Below, piece by piece: positions 29,891 to 40,554 of a stretch of DNA of 64,000 nt. Source of the stretch: an uncultured Gammaproteobacteria bacterium (GTDB taxonomy: Bacteria; Pseudomonadota; Gammaproteobacteria; DRLM01). Every line of letters begins with the position of its first letter. Position 1 is the stretch's first letter. The stretch covers positions 287,666 through 351,665 of the forward strand of contig CAVSNY010000004.1 of the NCBI GenBank assembly GCA_963729605.1, given 5' to 3'. Below the pieces are notes generated by a model, which was not told the DNA's origin, did no database searches, and saw only the letters and a list, made by a program, of their open reading frames with translations. Both the position numbers and the translations under genes were made by a program.

Positions 29891-30489
29891 GAGTTAGCCG
29901 TTTTTCCGTGTTGGCGCGCGCCGCTCGCCCCCCGGCAGGCCGGCTGTGGGCCATGGTGGTGATGCTCGCCGTGTTTGGCCTCTTGCTGCACAGCGGCGGG
30001 GTGCAGGCCGAATCGGAACAGGTATTGGAGCGGCAAGTTAAAGCGGCTTTTCTCTACCGTTTCACGGAATTCATTACCTGGCCCGAAGAGGTGTCGCCGA
30101 CGCCCAACCGGCCGTTCGTCATCGCGGTGATCGGCCCCGATTCGTTGGCCGATGGGTTGCGCCAGGTGGTTTTCGGACGGGCCGTCCAGAACCGCCCCGT
30201 GGAGGTCCGCCGTCTGAGCGGTGACAGCGGCTTTACCGATGAGAGCATCATCTTTGTCAGTGACGAGCAGCGGCAGCGCTTACCGCATGTCGTCCGCGCC
30301 GCGCCGCGCGGCGCGCTCATCGTCACCGAGTCCAACGGCGCCTTGTCCTTGGGCAGCATCATCAACTTCGTCTTGGTGGACGGCCGTGTCCGTTTTGAAA
30401 TCGCCTTGGATGCCGCCGAACGCCGTGGTTTGCGTCTCAGTTCGCGCCTGCTTGCCGTGGCGCGGACGGTGCGTACCGGGACTCCCTGA
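29887..30489 (+). CDS. YfiR (DUF4154) family periplasmic protein
   Basis: VKAAFLYRFTEFITWP, INF....RVRFEI, GLRLSSRLL; ATGA overlap. Confidence 0.9.
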   Translation: MRVSRFSVLARAARPPAGRLWAMVVMLAVFGLLLHSGGVQAESEQVLERQVKAAFLYRFTEFITWPEEVSPTPNRPFVIAVIGPDSLADGLRQVVFGRAVQNRPVEVRRLSGDSGFTDESIIFVSDEQRQRLPHVVRAAPRGALIVTESNGALSLGSIINFVLVDGRVRFEIALDAAERRGLRLSSRLLAVARTVRTGTP

Positions 30490-32348
30490 TGTTTAAGCCG
30501 ATCCAGAAGTCGGTCCGCGCCAAGCTGCTGGTGCTGATGCTGTCGACGACGCTGGTCGCCCTGATCGTGGCCTTGTTCGTGCTCGCCGTCTACGACGTGC
30601 GCAACTACAGCGAGAAATGGGTGAGTGATCTCAGTACCCAGGCCGAGATCCTCGGCCGTTCGAGCGCGGCGGCCGTCGCCTTCGACGATCCCAAGACCGC
30701 GCACGAAAATCTGAATTTATTGCGGGTGCGGCCGATGATCCTCGCCGCCGCGCTCTACGACCCGAGCGGCGGCTTATTCGCGACCTATACCCGCGCCGGC
30801 GATGCCGCGAAAGCCTTCCCCGAGTCTCCCTCCGCAGAGAGCATCACCATCACGGGCAATCAAATCCACTTGTTCAAGAAGATCGTGGAAGGCGATAAGC
30901 TCCAGGGTACGGTTTACATCCGGGCCAAATATGAATTGCTCGACCGGTTGCTGGATTACCTCGGTATCCTGGCGGTGGTGATGGTGCTGAGCATGCTCGC
31001 CGCCCTCTTGATCTGGTCATGGTTGCAGAAAGTCATCACCACACCCCTCAAGAACATCACCGACGTCGCCCGCCAGGTGATGGAAAGCCGGGATTTTTCG
31101 CTGCGCGTGCACAAGACCACCGACGACGAAATCGGTTATCTGATGGATGCCTTCAACAACATGCTCGCTGAAATCGGCCGCGGCGCCAATGCGCTGCTGG
31201 CCGCCGACCGGATGAAGGATCAATTTCTCGCCACCCTGGCCCACGAATTGCGCAACCCGCTCGCGCCCATCAGCAATGCCTTGTACCTGCTGGAACAGGG
31301 CGGCGACCGGCCCGAAGTGGCGGCCAACGCGCGGCGGATCATGGCCCGCCAGCTGAAACAACTGGTGCGGCTGGTCGATGATCTGCTCGACGTCTCGCGC
31401 ATCACCACCGGCAAGCTGGTATTGAAGAAGGAACAGATCGAACTGCGCAGGGTTATCGACAACGCCGTTGAAATCGCCCGGCCCTTGATCGAAGCGCGCG
31501 GTCATCGTCTCACCGTCAAGATTCCCGAGCAGACTATCCATCTCAACGGCGATGAAACCCGTCTCGCTCAAGTGTTTTCCAATCTGCTCAACAACGCCGC
31601 CAAATACACCGACCTCAATGGCGCCATCGCGGTCGAAGTCGAGGTCGCGGCGGAGGAGGTCTGGGTCTCGGTGACGGACAACGGCATAGGCATGTCCCAG
31701 GAAATTCTGCCGGAGATTTTCGAGATGTTCACCCAGGCCCATGTTTCGCCCGACCGTACCCAGGCGGGCCTGGGTTTGGGACTGGCCCTCGCCTTGCGGC
31801 TGGTGGAGATGCACGGCGGCACCATCCAGGCCTATAGCGCCGGGGTCGGGAAGGGCAGCCGTTTCACGGTGCGCTTGCCGCTGCTGCTCGTCCCCGCCTT
31901 GACCCCGCCGGAGGCAGTGGCCGGTGATGGCGAGCCTATGCGGAACACGCAACGGATTTTGGTGGTGGACGATAACCGGGATTTCGCCACGAGTCTGGCG
32001 ACCATACTCCGCGCCATGGGTCACCATGTCCATGTCGAACACAACGGTCTGGACGGGCTGCGCGTCGCGGAGACATTCCAGCCGGCGCTCGCCTTCCTCG
32101 ACCTCGGTCTGCCCGGCATCACCGGTTACGAACTTGCGCAAGGTCTGCGCACCCAGCCGGGCAATCAGGGACTATTCCTGGTCGCCGTCACCGGTTGGGG
32201 GCAAGAGTCCAATAAGCAGCGCGCGACGCAGGCGGGGTTCGATCACTACATCGTCAAGCCGCTCGACCCGAGGCAGATCGACAGCTTGCTCCAGGCCGCG
32301 GCCCGCAAGCGCGCGCCGGTCGCACCCAGCCGGGGTAGTGCTTCGTAA
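30489..32348 (+). CDS. hybrid sensor histidine kinase/response regulator (periplasmic sensor-HAMP-HisKA-HATPase-REC)
   Basis: DEIGYLMDAFN, LAHELRNPL, NAAKYT, DNGIG, GLGLGL, ILVVDDN...DLGLP...KP. Confidence 0.93.
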   Translation: MFKPIQKSVRAKLLVLMLSTTLVALIVALFVLAVYDVRNYSEKWVSDLSTQAEILGRSSAAAVAFDDPKTAHENLNLLRVRPMILAAALYDPSGGLFATYTRAGDAAKAFPESPSAESITITGNQIHLFKKIVEGDKLQGTVYIRAKYELLDRLLDYLGILAVVMVLSMLAALLIWSWLQKVITTPLKNITDVARQVMESRDFSLRVHKTTDDEIGYLMDAFNNMLAEIGRGANALLAADRMKDQFLATLAHELRNPLAPISNALYLLEQGGDRPEVAANARRIMARQLKQLVRLVDDLLDVSRITTGKLVLKKEQIELRRVIDNAVEIARPLIEARGHRLTVKIPEQTIHLNGDETRLAQVFSNLLNNAAKYTDLNGAIAVEVEVAAEEVWVSVTDNGIGMSQEILPEIFEMFTQAHVSPDRTQAGLGLGLALALRLVEMHGGTIQAYSAGVGKGSRFTVRLPLLLVPALTPPEAVAGDGEPMRNTQRILVVDDNRDFATSLATILRAMGHHVHVEHNGLDGLRVAETFQPALAFLDLGLPGITGYELAQGLRTQPGNQGLFLVAVTGWGQESNKQRATQAGFDHYIVKPLDPRQIDSLLQAAARKRAPVAPSRGSAS

Positions 32349-32363
32349 ATCCAGGGAACAGAC

Positions 32364-32557
32364 ATCTCCCCTTGTACGAAGAGGCTGCCTCACGAAGGCG
32401 GGGTGGTTGATGCACGGTGCCTCGAGTTGTCGGTGGCGGTGGTTCAGCGCCACCCCGCCCCGGCGGAGGCACCACTCACTGCGTCCAGCGGATCGAGCAT
32501 CACGTCGCACCACCCCGCCCCCGGTGGGGGCACCCCTCCTCGGAGAGGAGGGGAGAA
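32364..32557. repeat. REP-like palindrome cluster (CCACCCCG...GCACCCCTCCTnnnnAGGAGGGGA type)
   Basis: Inverted and partial copies; a related copy lies at 33776-33823. Confidence 0.6.
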
Positions 32558-32980
32558 TCAGCGGCGTAGCGGCCGCAATGAGGCGGACCGTGTTTTAAAG
32601 CGCGTTTGAGGCGCGCGCACCACTCCGCCCCCGGCCGTGCCGGCGATGGTCGCGGCCCTCAGGAAATACTTCCCACCTCCGCATGCGAATTCACCTCGTC
32701 TCGTGAGCTTGATTCTTTTTGTCCTGGACTCAGGACGTCCGCGACACAGCGTGTTCCCTTGTTTCATCGCTGGTGAAACACCACGCTAGCCGCCGATGCG
32801 CGGCGCCGTCGTGTGGAACGCCGGCCCTGCCGTTGCTCCCCGTCCCTTTACCATCGAATCCGGCGTGTTCTTTCCCGCGGGAAGACGGCGCGCGCGGGTT
32901 TGGTGATATTCTATGCGCCTCATGGCGCCGGGCGACTTACGGCCGGTCGCCGGGACTCCGTGAATTGATGAGGTGCCGCC

Positions 32981-33661
32981 TTGGATAACCAGCTTTCGTT
33001 TTACGAGGCGCGGGTGATCGGCTGTTTGATCGAAAAGGAGATCACTACGCCGGAGCACTATCCGCTCTCGCTCAATGCCTTGACCAACGCCTGCAACCAA
33101 AAGAGCAGCCGCGAGCCGGTGTTGGAACTGAGCGAGGCCGCCGTGCAGGAAACCGTGGATATGCTGGTCAAGAAACGGCTGGTCAGCGAGAAGAGCGGTT
33201 TCGGCAGCCGGGTCGTGAAATACCAGCACCGTTTCTGCAACACCGATTTCAGCGATCTGAAGTTATCGCAGCAGGAATTGGGCATTGTTTGCGTGTTGTT
33301 GCTGCGCGGCCCGCAGACCCCGGGCGAGCTGCGCACCCGCACCGACCGGCTATGTAAATTCAGCGATGTGCATGAGGTGGAAGCGGTGCTCCAGCGGCTC
33401 ATGGAGCGCAACGGCGGGCCGCTGGTGGCGAGGCTGCCGCGCGAGCCCGGCAAGCGCGAGTCGCGTTACATGCAATTGTTCAGTGAAGCGGCGCCGGAAC
33501 CGGCGGCGTCGGAACGCATGAACGATGCCGCTGATTTGCCGGCATCCGCTCAGGAACGGCTGGTGCAATTGGAACAGTGGGTCGGCGAGTTGCGCGAGGA
33601 GGTGGCGCGGCTGAAAAACCGGCTGGAGGTGTTGGAGTCCGGCGCGGAGCCCGGCATATAA
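32981..33661 (+). CDS. yceH: YceH (DUF480) family protein
   Basis: [44 protein letters not shown]. Confidence 0.93.
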   Translation: MDNQLSFYEARVIGCLIEKEITTPEHYPLSLNALTNACNQKSSREPVLELSEAAVQETVDMLVKKRLVSEKSGFGSRVVKYQHRFCNTDFSDLKLSQQELGIVCVLLLRGPQTPGELRTRTDRLCKFSDVHEVEAVLQRLMERNGGPLVARLPREPGKRESRYMQLFSEAAPEPAASERMNDAADLPASAQERLVQLEQWVGELREEVARLKNRLEVLESGAEPGI

Positions 33662-33909
33662 AACCCCGTCCGCCGGCGCACCGTGGATGATTCATTGGAT
33701 GATTTCATTCGACAGGCCAAGGAGCGCGCGGCGAGGGTGGGAGCGCGCGGCGAGGGTGGGAGTATGCGTAATGTTATCCCCTCCTTTCATAAGGAGGGGT
33801 GGCCCGCAGGGCCGGGGTGGTTTTGCTTTTTTGCCAAGAGAGTATCGCGCCCGGAAGGCGCTTGCGATTTTTATACCTTGACGACGGTCAGTCAAACATT
33901 GGAGCAGAT

Positions 33910-34824
33910 ATGAGTACGGCAGATTTTTCCGCGTTGAACGCGCGTTTCGGCATTCCCGGCCAACTGAGTTTCAAAGAAGGGCCGGGCGGCCTGGCTGTGG
34001 CGGAGGTCGCCAATTCGCAGGCCACCGCGATGATCGCCCTACAGGGCGCGCATGTCATGAGCTGGGCGCCGCGCGGCGCCCGGCCGGTGATCTGGCTGTC
34101 GCCGGCCGCCAAGTTCGCGCCGGGCAAATCCATCCGCGGCGGCGTGCCGGTGTGCTGGCCGTGGTTCGGGCCCCACCCCGCCGACGCGGCCTTGCCGGCC
34201 CACGGCTACGCGCGCACCACGCCTTGGGAAGTGACGCAGAGCGAAGCCCTGGCCGGCGGCGCCACCCGCGTGGTCTTTCGCTTACTGGAGAATGAAACCA
34301 CCCGCGCCCAATGGCCGCACGCGACACCGGTCGAATGCCGCATCACCGTGGGCGCGAGCCTGGAGATCGAACTGGTGACCCGCAATGCCGGCGCCGCGTC
34401 CGTCACCATCGGTCAGGCCTTGCACACCTATTTTGAAGTGAGCGATATCCGGCGCGTGACCGTCGCCGGTCTGGACGGCTGTCCCTATCTCGACAAAGTC
34501 GACGGCGGTCAACGTAAACGGCAGACCGGGCCGGTGAGTTTCAGCGGCGAGGTCGATCGCATTTATCTCGATTCGCTTGCTGATTGCGTGATCGAAGATC
34601 CAGGCGCGCGGCGCCGCATCGTCATCAGCAAACGCGGCAGCCGCTCGACGGTGGTGTGGAATCCCTGGATCGAAAAGGCGGCGAAGATGGGCGACCTCGG
34701 CGACGACGGTTATCTGCGCATGTTGTGCGTGGAGAGCGCCAACGCGGCGGACGACACGGTGATCCTCGCGCCCGGCGCCGAACATCGCTTGTGGGTGAAT
34801 TACGCGGTGGAGGCGGCGGGCTGA
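33910..34824 (+). CDS. yeaD: D-hexose-6-phosphate mutarotase
   Basis: QGAHV, IRGGVPVCWPWFG, HGYAR, ALHTYF, VVWNPW, LCVE; GGAG RBS. Confidence 0.9.
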   Translation: MSTADFSALNARFGIPGQLSFKEGPGGLAVAEVANSQATAMIALQGAHVMSWAPRGARPVIWLSPAAKFAPGKSIRGGVPVCWPWFGPHPADAALPAHGYARTTPWEVTQSEALAGGATRVVFRLLENETTRAQWPHATPVECRITVGASLEIELVTRNAGAASVTIGQALHTYFEVSDIRRVTVAGLDGCPYLDKVDGGQRKRQTGPVSFSGEVDRIYLDSLADCVIEDPGARRRIVISKRGSRSTVVWNPWIEKAAKMGDLGDDGYLRMLCVESANAADDTVILAPGAEHRLWVNYAVEAAG

Positions 34825-34923
34825 ACGCGTTTTCCGCATAGATGAAAAAACCGCCGCTTGCGCGGGCGGCATTTATGTTTCACCGGTTTTGCGAGTCAAT
34901 GTAGTTGAAAATGGATAATCAAG

Positions 34924-36837
34924 ATGCCCCTGTTGCGATTGGATAAAGTATCGCTGGCCTATGGCCCGCGTCCTTTGCTGGACAAGGTGTCGCTCGACAT
35001 CCGGCGCGGCGAGCGGGTCTGTCTGGTCGGGCGCAACGGCGAGGGCAAATCGTCGTTGATGCGTTTGCTCACCGGCGAGATCGCGCCCGACGGCGGCGAA
35101 GTGTGGCTGCGGCCCAACGCGCGTATCGCCCACCTCGCGCAGGAGGTGAGCGCCGACAGTGACGAGACGGTGTTCGACGTGGTCGCCGGCGGCCTGCCCG
35201 AATGCGGGCGCTTGTTGTCGCAATACCATCACGCCGTCGCCGAGCTGAGCCACGACCACGCGCCGGCGGCCATGGACCGTCTCGCCGAGTTGCAGCAACA
35301 GCTGGAAGCGGTCAACGGCTGGGAACTCGAGCAGCGGGTGGAAAACGTCTTGTCGCGACTCGAGCTCGACGGCGACGCCAGCCTGCACAGCCTCTCCGGC
35401 GGCTGGCGGCGGCGGGTGATGCTGGCGCGGGCGCTGGTGTGCGCGCCGGACCTGCTCCTGCTCGATGAGCCGACCAATCATCTCGACATCGAGGCGATAC
35501 GCTGGCTGGAAGATTTTCTCGCGACGTATTCCGGCGCCTTGTTGTTCATCACCCACGACCGCGCCTTTCTGCGGCGCTTGGCGACGCGCATCGTCGAACT
35601 GGATCGCGGCCAACTCAACTCCTGGCCGGGCGATTACGACGGTTATCTGCGCAAAAAGGCCGAGCAACTGGCGGCCGAGGCGCAGCAGAACGCCCTGTTC
35701 GACAAACGCCTCTCGCAAGAAGAAGTGTGGATACGCCAAGGCATCAAGGCGCGCCGCACCCGCAACGAGGGCCGGGTGCGCGCCTTGGAGGCCCTGCGCA
35801 TCGAACGCGGTCAGCGCCGCGAACGGGTGGGCAAGGCCGACTTGCAGCTGGAAGGCGCCGAGGCCTCGGGGCGGATCGTCTTCGATTGCGAGGACGTCGA
35901 TTTCGGTTTCGGCGAGCGGCCGGTGATCCGCAATTTTTCGGCGCGCATCATGCGCGGCGACCGCATCGGCATCATCGGTCCCAACGGCGCGGGCAAGTCC
36001 ACTTTGATTAAACTGCTGCTGGGCGAACTGGCGCCGCAACGGGGCCGGGTCGAGCGGGGCACCAAACTGCAAGTCGCCTATTTCGATCAACAGCGCGAGC
36101 AGCTCGATCCCGCGCAAACGGTGATGAACAGCGTCGGCGAGGGCCGCGAGACCGTGACGGTCAACGGCCAGACCCGCCACGTCGCCGGTTATCTGCGCGA
36201 TTTTCTGTTTCCCGCCGAACGGCTGCGTTCGCCGGTGAGCACGCTTTCCGGCGGCGAGCGCAATCGCCTGTTGCTGGCGCGGCTGTTCGCGCGGCCGGCC
36301 AATCTCCTGGTGATGGACGAGCCGACCAATGACCTCGACGTGGAAACGCTCGAGCTGCTCGAGGAAGTGTTGACCGAATATCAGGGCACTCTGCTGCTGG
36401 TGAGCCACGACCGCGCCTTTCTCGATAATGTGGTGACCGGCTGCCTGGTGTTCGAGGGCGAGGGGCGGATCGGCGAATATGTCGGCGGCTACAGCGATTG
36501 GCTGCGCCATCGGCAGGGCGCGGCGGCGCGTAAGAATGAAGAAGCCGCGCGGGTGAAAACGCCGGTGGCGAGCGCGCCGCCGCCAAAACCCGCCGCCAAG
36601 GCCCGTAAGCTTTCCTTCAATGACCAGCGCGAACTCGATGCGCTGCCGGCCAGGATAGCCGCGCTGGAAACCGAGCAGGCCGCGTGGCAGGCGCGGATGA
36701 ACGACGCGGAGTTTTATAAACAGGGCCGCGATGATGTGGCCGCGACCCTGGCGCGCGTCGCGGCGCTCGACGACGAGTTGAAGCTTTGTTATGCCCGCTG
36801 GGAGGCCTTGGAAACCCAGCTTGACAAGGGCGCTTGA
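34924..36837 (+). CDS. uup: ABC-F ATPase Uup
   Basis: Two ABC domains, WIRQGIKARRTRNEGRVRAL linker, KLSF...C-terminal domain ending RWEALE. Confidence 0.93.
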   Translation: MPLLRLDKVSLAYGPRPLLDKVSLDIRRGERVCLVGRNGEGKSSLMRLLTGEIAPDGGEVWLRPNARIAHLAQEVSADSDETVFDVVAGGLPECGRLLSQYHHAVAELSHDHAPAAMDRLAELQQQLEAVNGWELEQRVENVLSRLELDGDASLHSLSGGWRRRVMLARALVCAPDLLLLDEPTNHLDIEAIRWLEDFLATYSGALLFITHDRAFLRRLATRIVELDRGQLNSWPGDYDGYLRKKAEQLAAEAQQNALFDKRLSQEEVWIRQGIKARRTRNEGRVRALEALRIERGQRRERVGKADLQLEGAEASGRIVFDCEDVDFGFGERPVIRNFSARIMRGDRIGIIGPNGAGKSTLIKLLLGELAPQRGRVERGTKLQVAYFDQQREQLDPAQTVMNSVGEGRETVTVNGQTRHVAGYLRDFLFPAERLRSPVSTLSGGERNRLLLARLFARPANLLVMDEPTNDLDVETLELLEEVLTEYQGTLLLVSHDRAFLDNVVTGCLVFEGEGRIGEYVGGYSDWLRHRQGAAARKNEEAARVKTPVASAPPPKPAAKARKLSFNDQRELDALPARIAALETEQAAWQARMNDAEFYKQGRDDVAATLARVAALDDELKLCYARWEALETQLDKGA

Positions 36838-36950
36838 GCGGAGCGGAATGGAATTTCAGCGGCGGAGTCCGCACCCTGGCTGGATGATAAAATCGTAACG
36901 AGCGAAGGATGATTTGCGGTCCCTAATTTTCTCAAGAAAGGATGGAGACG

Positions 36951-37904
36951 ATGAAATACTACAACGACAACGCGCTTTCGATAGGCAACACCCCGCTGGT
37001 CAAACTCAACAAAATCGTCGATGCGAACAAGGCCCTGGTGCTGGCGAAAATCGAGGGGCGCAATCCCGCCTATTCGGTGAAGTGCCGCATCGGCGCCTCG
37101 ATGATCCTGGACGCGGAGCGGCGCGGCGCGCTCAAGCCCGGCATGGAAGTGGTGGAACCCACCAGCGGCAATACCGGTATCGCGCTGGCCTATGTCTGCG
37201 CCGCGCGCGGTTATAAGATTACGCTGACCATGCCCGAGACCATGAGCCTGGAACGGCGCAAGGTGTTGAAGGCCTTCGGCGCCAATCTGGTCTTGACGGA
37301 AGGAACCAAAGGCATGCCCGGCGCCATCGCCAAGGCCGAGGAGATCGCCGCCGGTGATCCCGCCCGTTATTTCATGCCGCAGCAATTCCGCAATCCGGCC
37401 AATCCGGCCATTCACGAGTCCACCACCGGCCCCGAGATTTGGGACGCCACCGAGGGTAGTATTGACGTGTTGATTTCCGGGGTCGGTACCGGCGGCACCA
37501 TCACCGGCGTGACGCGTTACATCAAAAACACCCGCGGCAAGCGGATCACCGCGGTGGCCGTGGAGCCGGCGGCGAGCCCGGTGATTACGCAAAAACTGGC
37601 GGGCCAGCCGCTACAGCCCGGTCCGCACAAGATTCAAGGCATCGGCGCCGGCTTCATCCCGGACACCTTGGATTTGTCGGTGGTCGATCGGGTCGAGCAA
37701 GTCAGCAACGAAGAGGCTATCGACTATGCGCGGCGGCTCTCCACCGAGGAGGGCATCTTGTCAGGCATTTCCTGCGGCGCGGCGGCGGCGGTCGCGGCGC
37801 GCCTGGTTCGACTGCCGGAGTTCGCCGGCAAGACGATCGTGGTGATCTTGCCGGATTCCGGTGAGCGTTATCTCTCCAGCATCTTGTTCGAGAATATTGT
37901 CTGA
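36951..37904 (+). CDS. cysK: cysteine synthase A
   Basis: [47 protein letters not shown]. Confidence 0.96.
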   Translation: MKYYNDNALSIGNTPLVKLNKIVDANKALVLAKIEGRNPAYSVKCRIGASMILDAERRGALKPGMEVVEPTSGNTGIALAYVCAARGYKITLTMPETMSLERRKVLKAFGANLVLTEGTKGMPGAIAKAEEIAAGDPARYFMPQQFRNPANPAIHESTTGPEIWDATEGSIDVLISGVGTGGTITGVTRYIKNTRGKRITAVAVEPAASPVITQKLAGQPLQPGPHKIQGIGAGFIPDTLDLSVVDRVEQVSNEEAIDYARRLSTEEGILSGISCGAAAAVAARLVRLPEFAGKTIVVILPDSGERYLSSILFENIV

Positions 37905-37925
37905 AGAAATACTGAAAAATCGTTC

Positions 37926-38006
37926 AACCGCCAAGACGGCGCGGATGCCCGGAAAATTTTTAATGATCGGAAAATATTCTTGGCGCGCCCGACGCCTTGG
38001 CGCTTC
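37926..38006. repeat. CGCCAAG-type imperfect palindromic repeat
   Basis: ACCGCCAAGA...TCTTGGCG...CCTTGGCG; the same motif recurs at 59885-59910 and 63943-63967. Confidence 0.45.
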
Positions 38007-38014
38007 AAGATGTA

Positions 38015-38197
38015 TAGAACCTATCTCACGATGAATCGTCGCTTGAATAAGGTCTTCGCCGTCATTTCCCTCTCCCCAATCCCTCTCCCGCGAGGGGAGA
38101 GGGGATAAAGATGACTGCATGGTCGCGTTATCAACGTCCCCTCTCCCCTTGGCGGGAGAGGGACAGGGAGAGGGGCGTGGTTTTGAGATGGGTTCTA
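38015..38197. mobile_element. 183-bp MITE containing an inverted REP pair
   Basis: 14-bp TIRs TAGAACCTATCTCA / TGAGATGGGTTCTA (1 mismatch); internal CCCTCTCCC...GGGAGAGGG hairpins in opposite orientation. Confidence 0.75.
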
Positions 38198-38238
38198 GTC
38201 AATCCTGGCGCGCAGATAAACAAGCCCGGCGAGGTCGT

Positions 38239-39051
38239 GTGAATACGCAAGCTGTAGATCAGTGGCGCCTGCTGCCCGATGTGGCGCGCCGTTACCGCGA
38301 CGGTGAGATAGACGGCGCGGTTTATGCGAGCCTGTATTTTATTTATGGCCAGACGGCCGCCCACGGCCGGCGTTACGCAGCGCGTCGGTTCAAGAGTGAT
38401 CCCCGCCCGGATCATGAAATCTGGCTCGCCGATCTCGAGCGGATGGCGGGTGAGCCATTGCGGGCGCGGCTGCTGCATTATCTGGAGCGTTATCATTTTC
38501 TGGGTGTGATTCCCAACGTGCCGGCCGCCTTGGGCGCGTGGTTGCGCGGCGAATGGCCGCTGTTGTTGTGCGAGTATATTCCGGATGCCGAGGACGTGTT
38601 GCGTCTGCAAGTGCAAGGACGGCGGCCGGTGACGGTGTTGTCCGATTATCCGCGTTTGTTGCAGCCGGTGTTGAAAAAACCCAACGCCTGGGCGTTCATG
38701 ATTCACGACCTCGAACACGCGTACAAATATTTCCACGATCCGCTGTTGCACGCAGGCCAGCGGGATTTCTTCATGCGCCTGGAGCGGGCGCTGGCGCGCG
38801 GCGATTTCACTCTCTATCGGCGCGATCCGGTCTTCGCCGAAAAATTCGTTTATCTGATCAGCGATATGAACACCCACGTGATGCACGGCCTGCAATACCT
38901 GCGCGCCATCCTCATCGAATATTATTTACGCGCCGAGGACAAGCCGCCGCGCGAGCGGTTGTCGGCGCCGGCCTCGGCCGCGATAGCCGATCTGCTGAGT
39001 TCGCTGGGCGAGTCGGCGGAGTTCGCCGCGGTGGCGGGGCTGCGGGCGTAA
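38239..39051 (+). CDS. hypothetical protein
   Basis: GAGG RBS plus GTG; host-like codon use; HDLEH and SDMN motifs; the longer track ORF runs through the MITE. Confidence 0.7.
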   Translation: MNTQAVDQWRLLPDVARRYRDGEIDGAVYASLYFIYGQTAAHGRRYAARRFKSDPRPDHEIWLADLERMAGEPLRARLLHYLERYHFLGVIPNVPAALGAWLRGEWPLLLCEYIPDAEDVLRLQVQGRRPVTVLSDYPRLLQPVLKKPNAWAFMIHDLEHAYKYFHDPLLHAGQRDFFMRLERALARGDFTLYRRDPVFAEKFVYLISDMNTHVMHGLQYLRAILIEYYLRAEDKPPRERLSAPASAAIADLLSSLGESAEFAAVAGLRA

Positions 39052-39099
39052 TACCACGGTGTCTCACCATTAAAAATTCGCGAAGCGGAAGGGCTCATT

Positions 39100-39336
39100 A
39101 TGCGTTGCACGATCTACAAATCAGCCAAAAAAGACGACACCTATCTCTACATCGAGAAAGAAGGCGATTTTTCCGGGGTGCCGGACTCGCTGCTGCAATT
39201 ATTGGGCGGCTTGGAACGCGTCATGGAACTGGACCTCGCACCGCCGCGCAAGCTGGCGCGCGCCGACGCCGAGCAGGTGCGCGCGCAGTTGCGCGAGCAA
39301 GGCTATTATTTGCAGATGCCGCCCAAGACCTATTGA
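39100..39336 (+). CDS. ycgL: YcgL domain protein
   Basis: IYKS.KK..TYLY, RKLARAD, QGYYLQMPP. Confidence 0.92.
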   Translation: MRCTIYKSAKKDDTYLYIEKEGDFSGVPDSLLQLLGGLERVMELDLAPPRKLARADAEQVRAQLREQGYYLQMPPKTY

Positions 39337-39487
39337 AAGCGGATTCGATCAGCCGGGGCAGGGTGCGACGGTCATGTCAGTGCGCGCCTTCTTCCTTGCA
39401 GGGGAAGGTGAACTCCAAGCGGCTGCGCGGTTATCGGGCGCCTTTGAGGCGCTCACACTATAAATTTCCCGTTTTGCCGGTGATCGT

Positions 39488-40237
39488 TTAACTTCGTAAT
39501 AAATCGCCGCTGATTTTTTCACGCCATCCCAAGCGCTCGATGACCGCGGCGAACTCCCTGTCCAAGGGCGCGTTGATGGTCATTGGTCGTCCGCGGTCGG
39601 GATGGGGGAGGGTGAGCCGGGTCGCGGCGAGCAGCAGCCGCCGGCAGTGCAGATGGTCGCGGAAGAATTGGTTGTGTCTGCCGTCGCCGTGGCTGGTGTC
39701 GCCGATCACCGGGTGGAACACATGTTTCATGTGGCGGCGGATCTGGTGTTTGCGGCCGGTGCGCGGTGTGGCCTCGATCAGCGAATAACGCGCGCTGGGG
39801 TAACGGCCCACCGGAATCGGCAGTTCCGCGGTGGCCAGCCGGCGGTAATCGGTGATCGCGTCTTGCGCCGGTTTGTCGCTTAGCGCCCGTTCGTCGCTGG
39901 CGGCGTCCAGTTCTTCTTTCAAGGGATAATCGATGCGCGCCTGTTCGGGCGTGTGGCCGCGCACCACCGCGAGATAACGTTTGTCCACCTCGCGGCCGGT
40001 GAAGGTCGCGGTGAGCCGGGCCGCGGCGGCGGGATGCAAGGCGAATAACAAGACCCCCGACGTCGGCTTGTCGAGGCGGTGGACCGGGTAGACCCGCTGT
40101 CCGATCTGGTCGCGCAGCAGTTGCAGGGCGTAACGGGTTTCGTGCCTGTCCACCGCGCTGCGGTGCACCAGCAATCCGGCGGGTTTGTTGATGGCGATGA
40201 GGTGCTCATCGTGATAAAGAATGTCCAACTTGCCCAT
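39488..40237 (-). CDS. truC: tRNA pseudouridine(65) synthase
   Basis: NKPAGLLVHRS, LRDQIG, HRLDKPTSG, TGRKHQIRRH. Confidence 0.92.
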   Translation of the reverse strand: MGKLDILYHDEHLIAINKPAGLLVHRSAVDRHETRYALQLLRDQIGQRVYPVHRLDKPTSGVLLFALHPAAAARLTATFTGREVDKRYLAVVRGHTPEQARIDYPLKEELDAASDERALSDKPAQDAITDYRRLATAELPIPVGRYPSARYSLIEATPRTGRKHQIRRHMKHVFHPVIGDTSHGDGRHNQFFRDHLHCRRLLLAATRLTLPHPDRGRPMTINAPLDREFAAVIERLGWREKISGDLLRS

Positions 40238-40554
40238 GGCCGTCTCGTCATATTGCGGTTTGGAGGCATGCTGACGAAGCCGGCGGCCCCGGTCAATGAC
40301 GAAAACCGCTGGCTTTTCCCGGGCAAGCCGGGTATAGTCGCGCCTCCTCTGCGAAGAGGATTGAGACGTTTCTGACCTTTCTCCATGTTGTTTCATCACT
40401 GGCTTCCTGGTTAGCGACGTATTGCGGCTGTCCGGCATAGAGCTGGATGCGCTTTGGGAACCCGGCGATGAACTGCACTCCGTGTAATTCCGCTGACGTT
40501 CATTCTGTTTATTTGTATTAGGTCTGTCGTTCAGCGGCGGCCGGAGGCGTTATT

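Noticed and set aside
33683-33913. 76-aa ORF containing a 19-bp tandem duplication (33721-33758) and a REP
   Set aside because: Mostly repeat-derived sequence; no evidence it is a gene
40240-40554. Riboswitch or structured leader before the DEAD-box helicase
   Set aside because: Long leader, but no recognisable conserved RNA motif by eye; would need an Rfam scan
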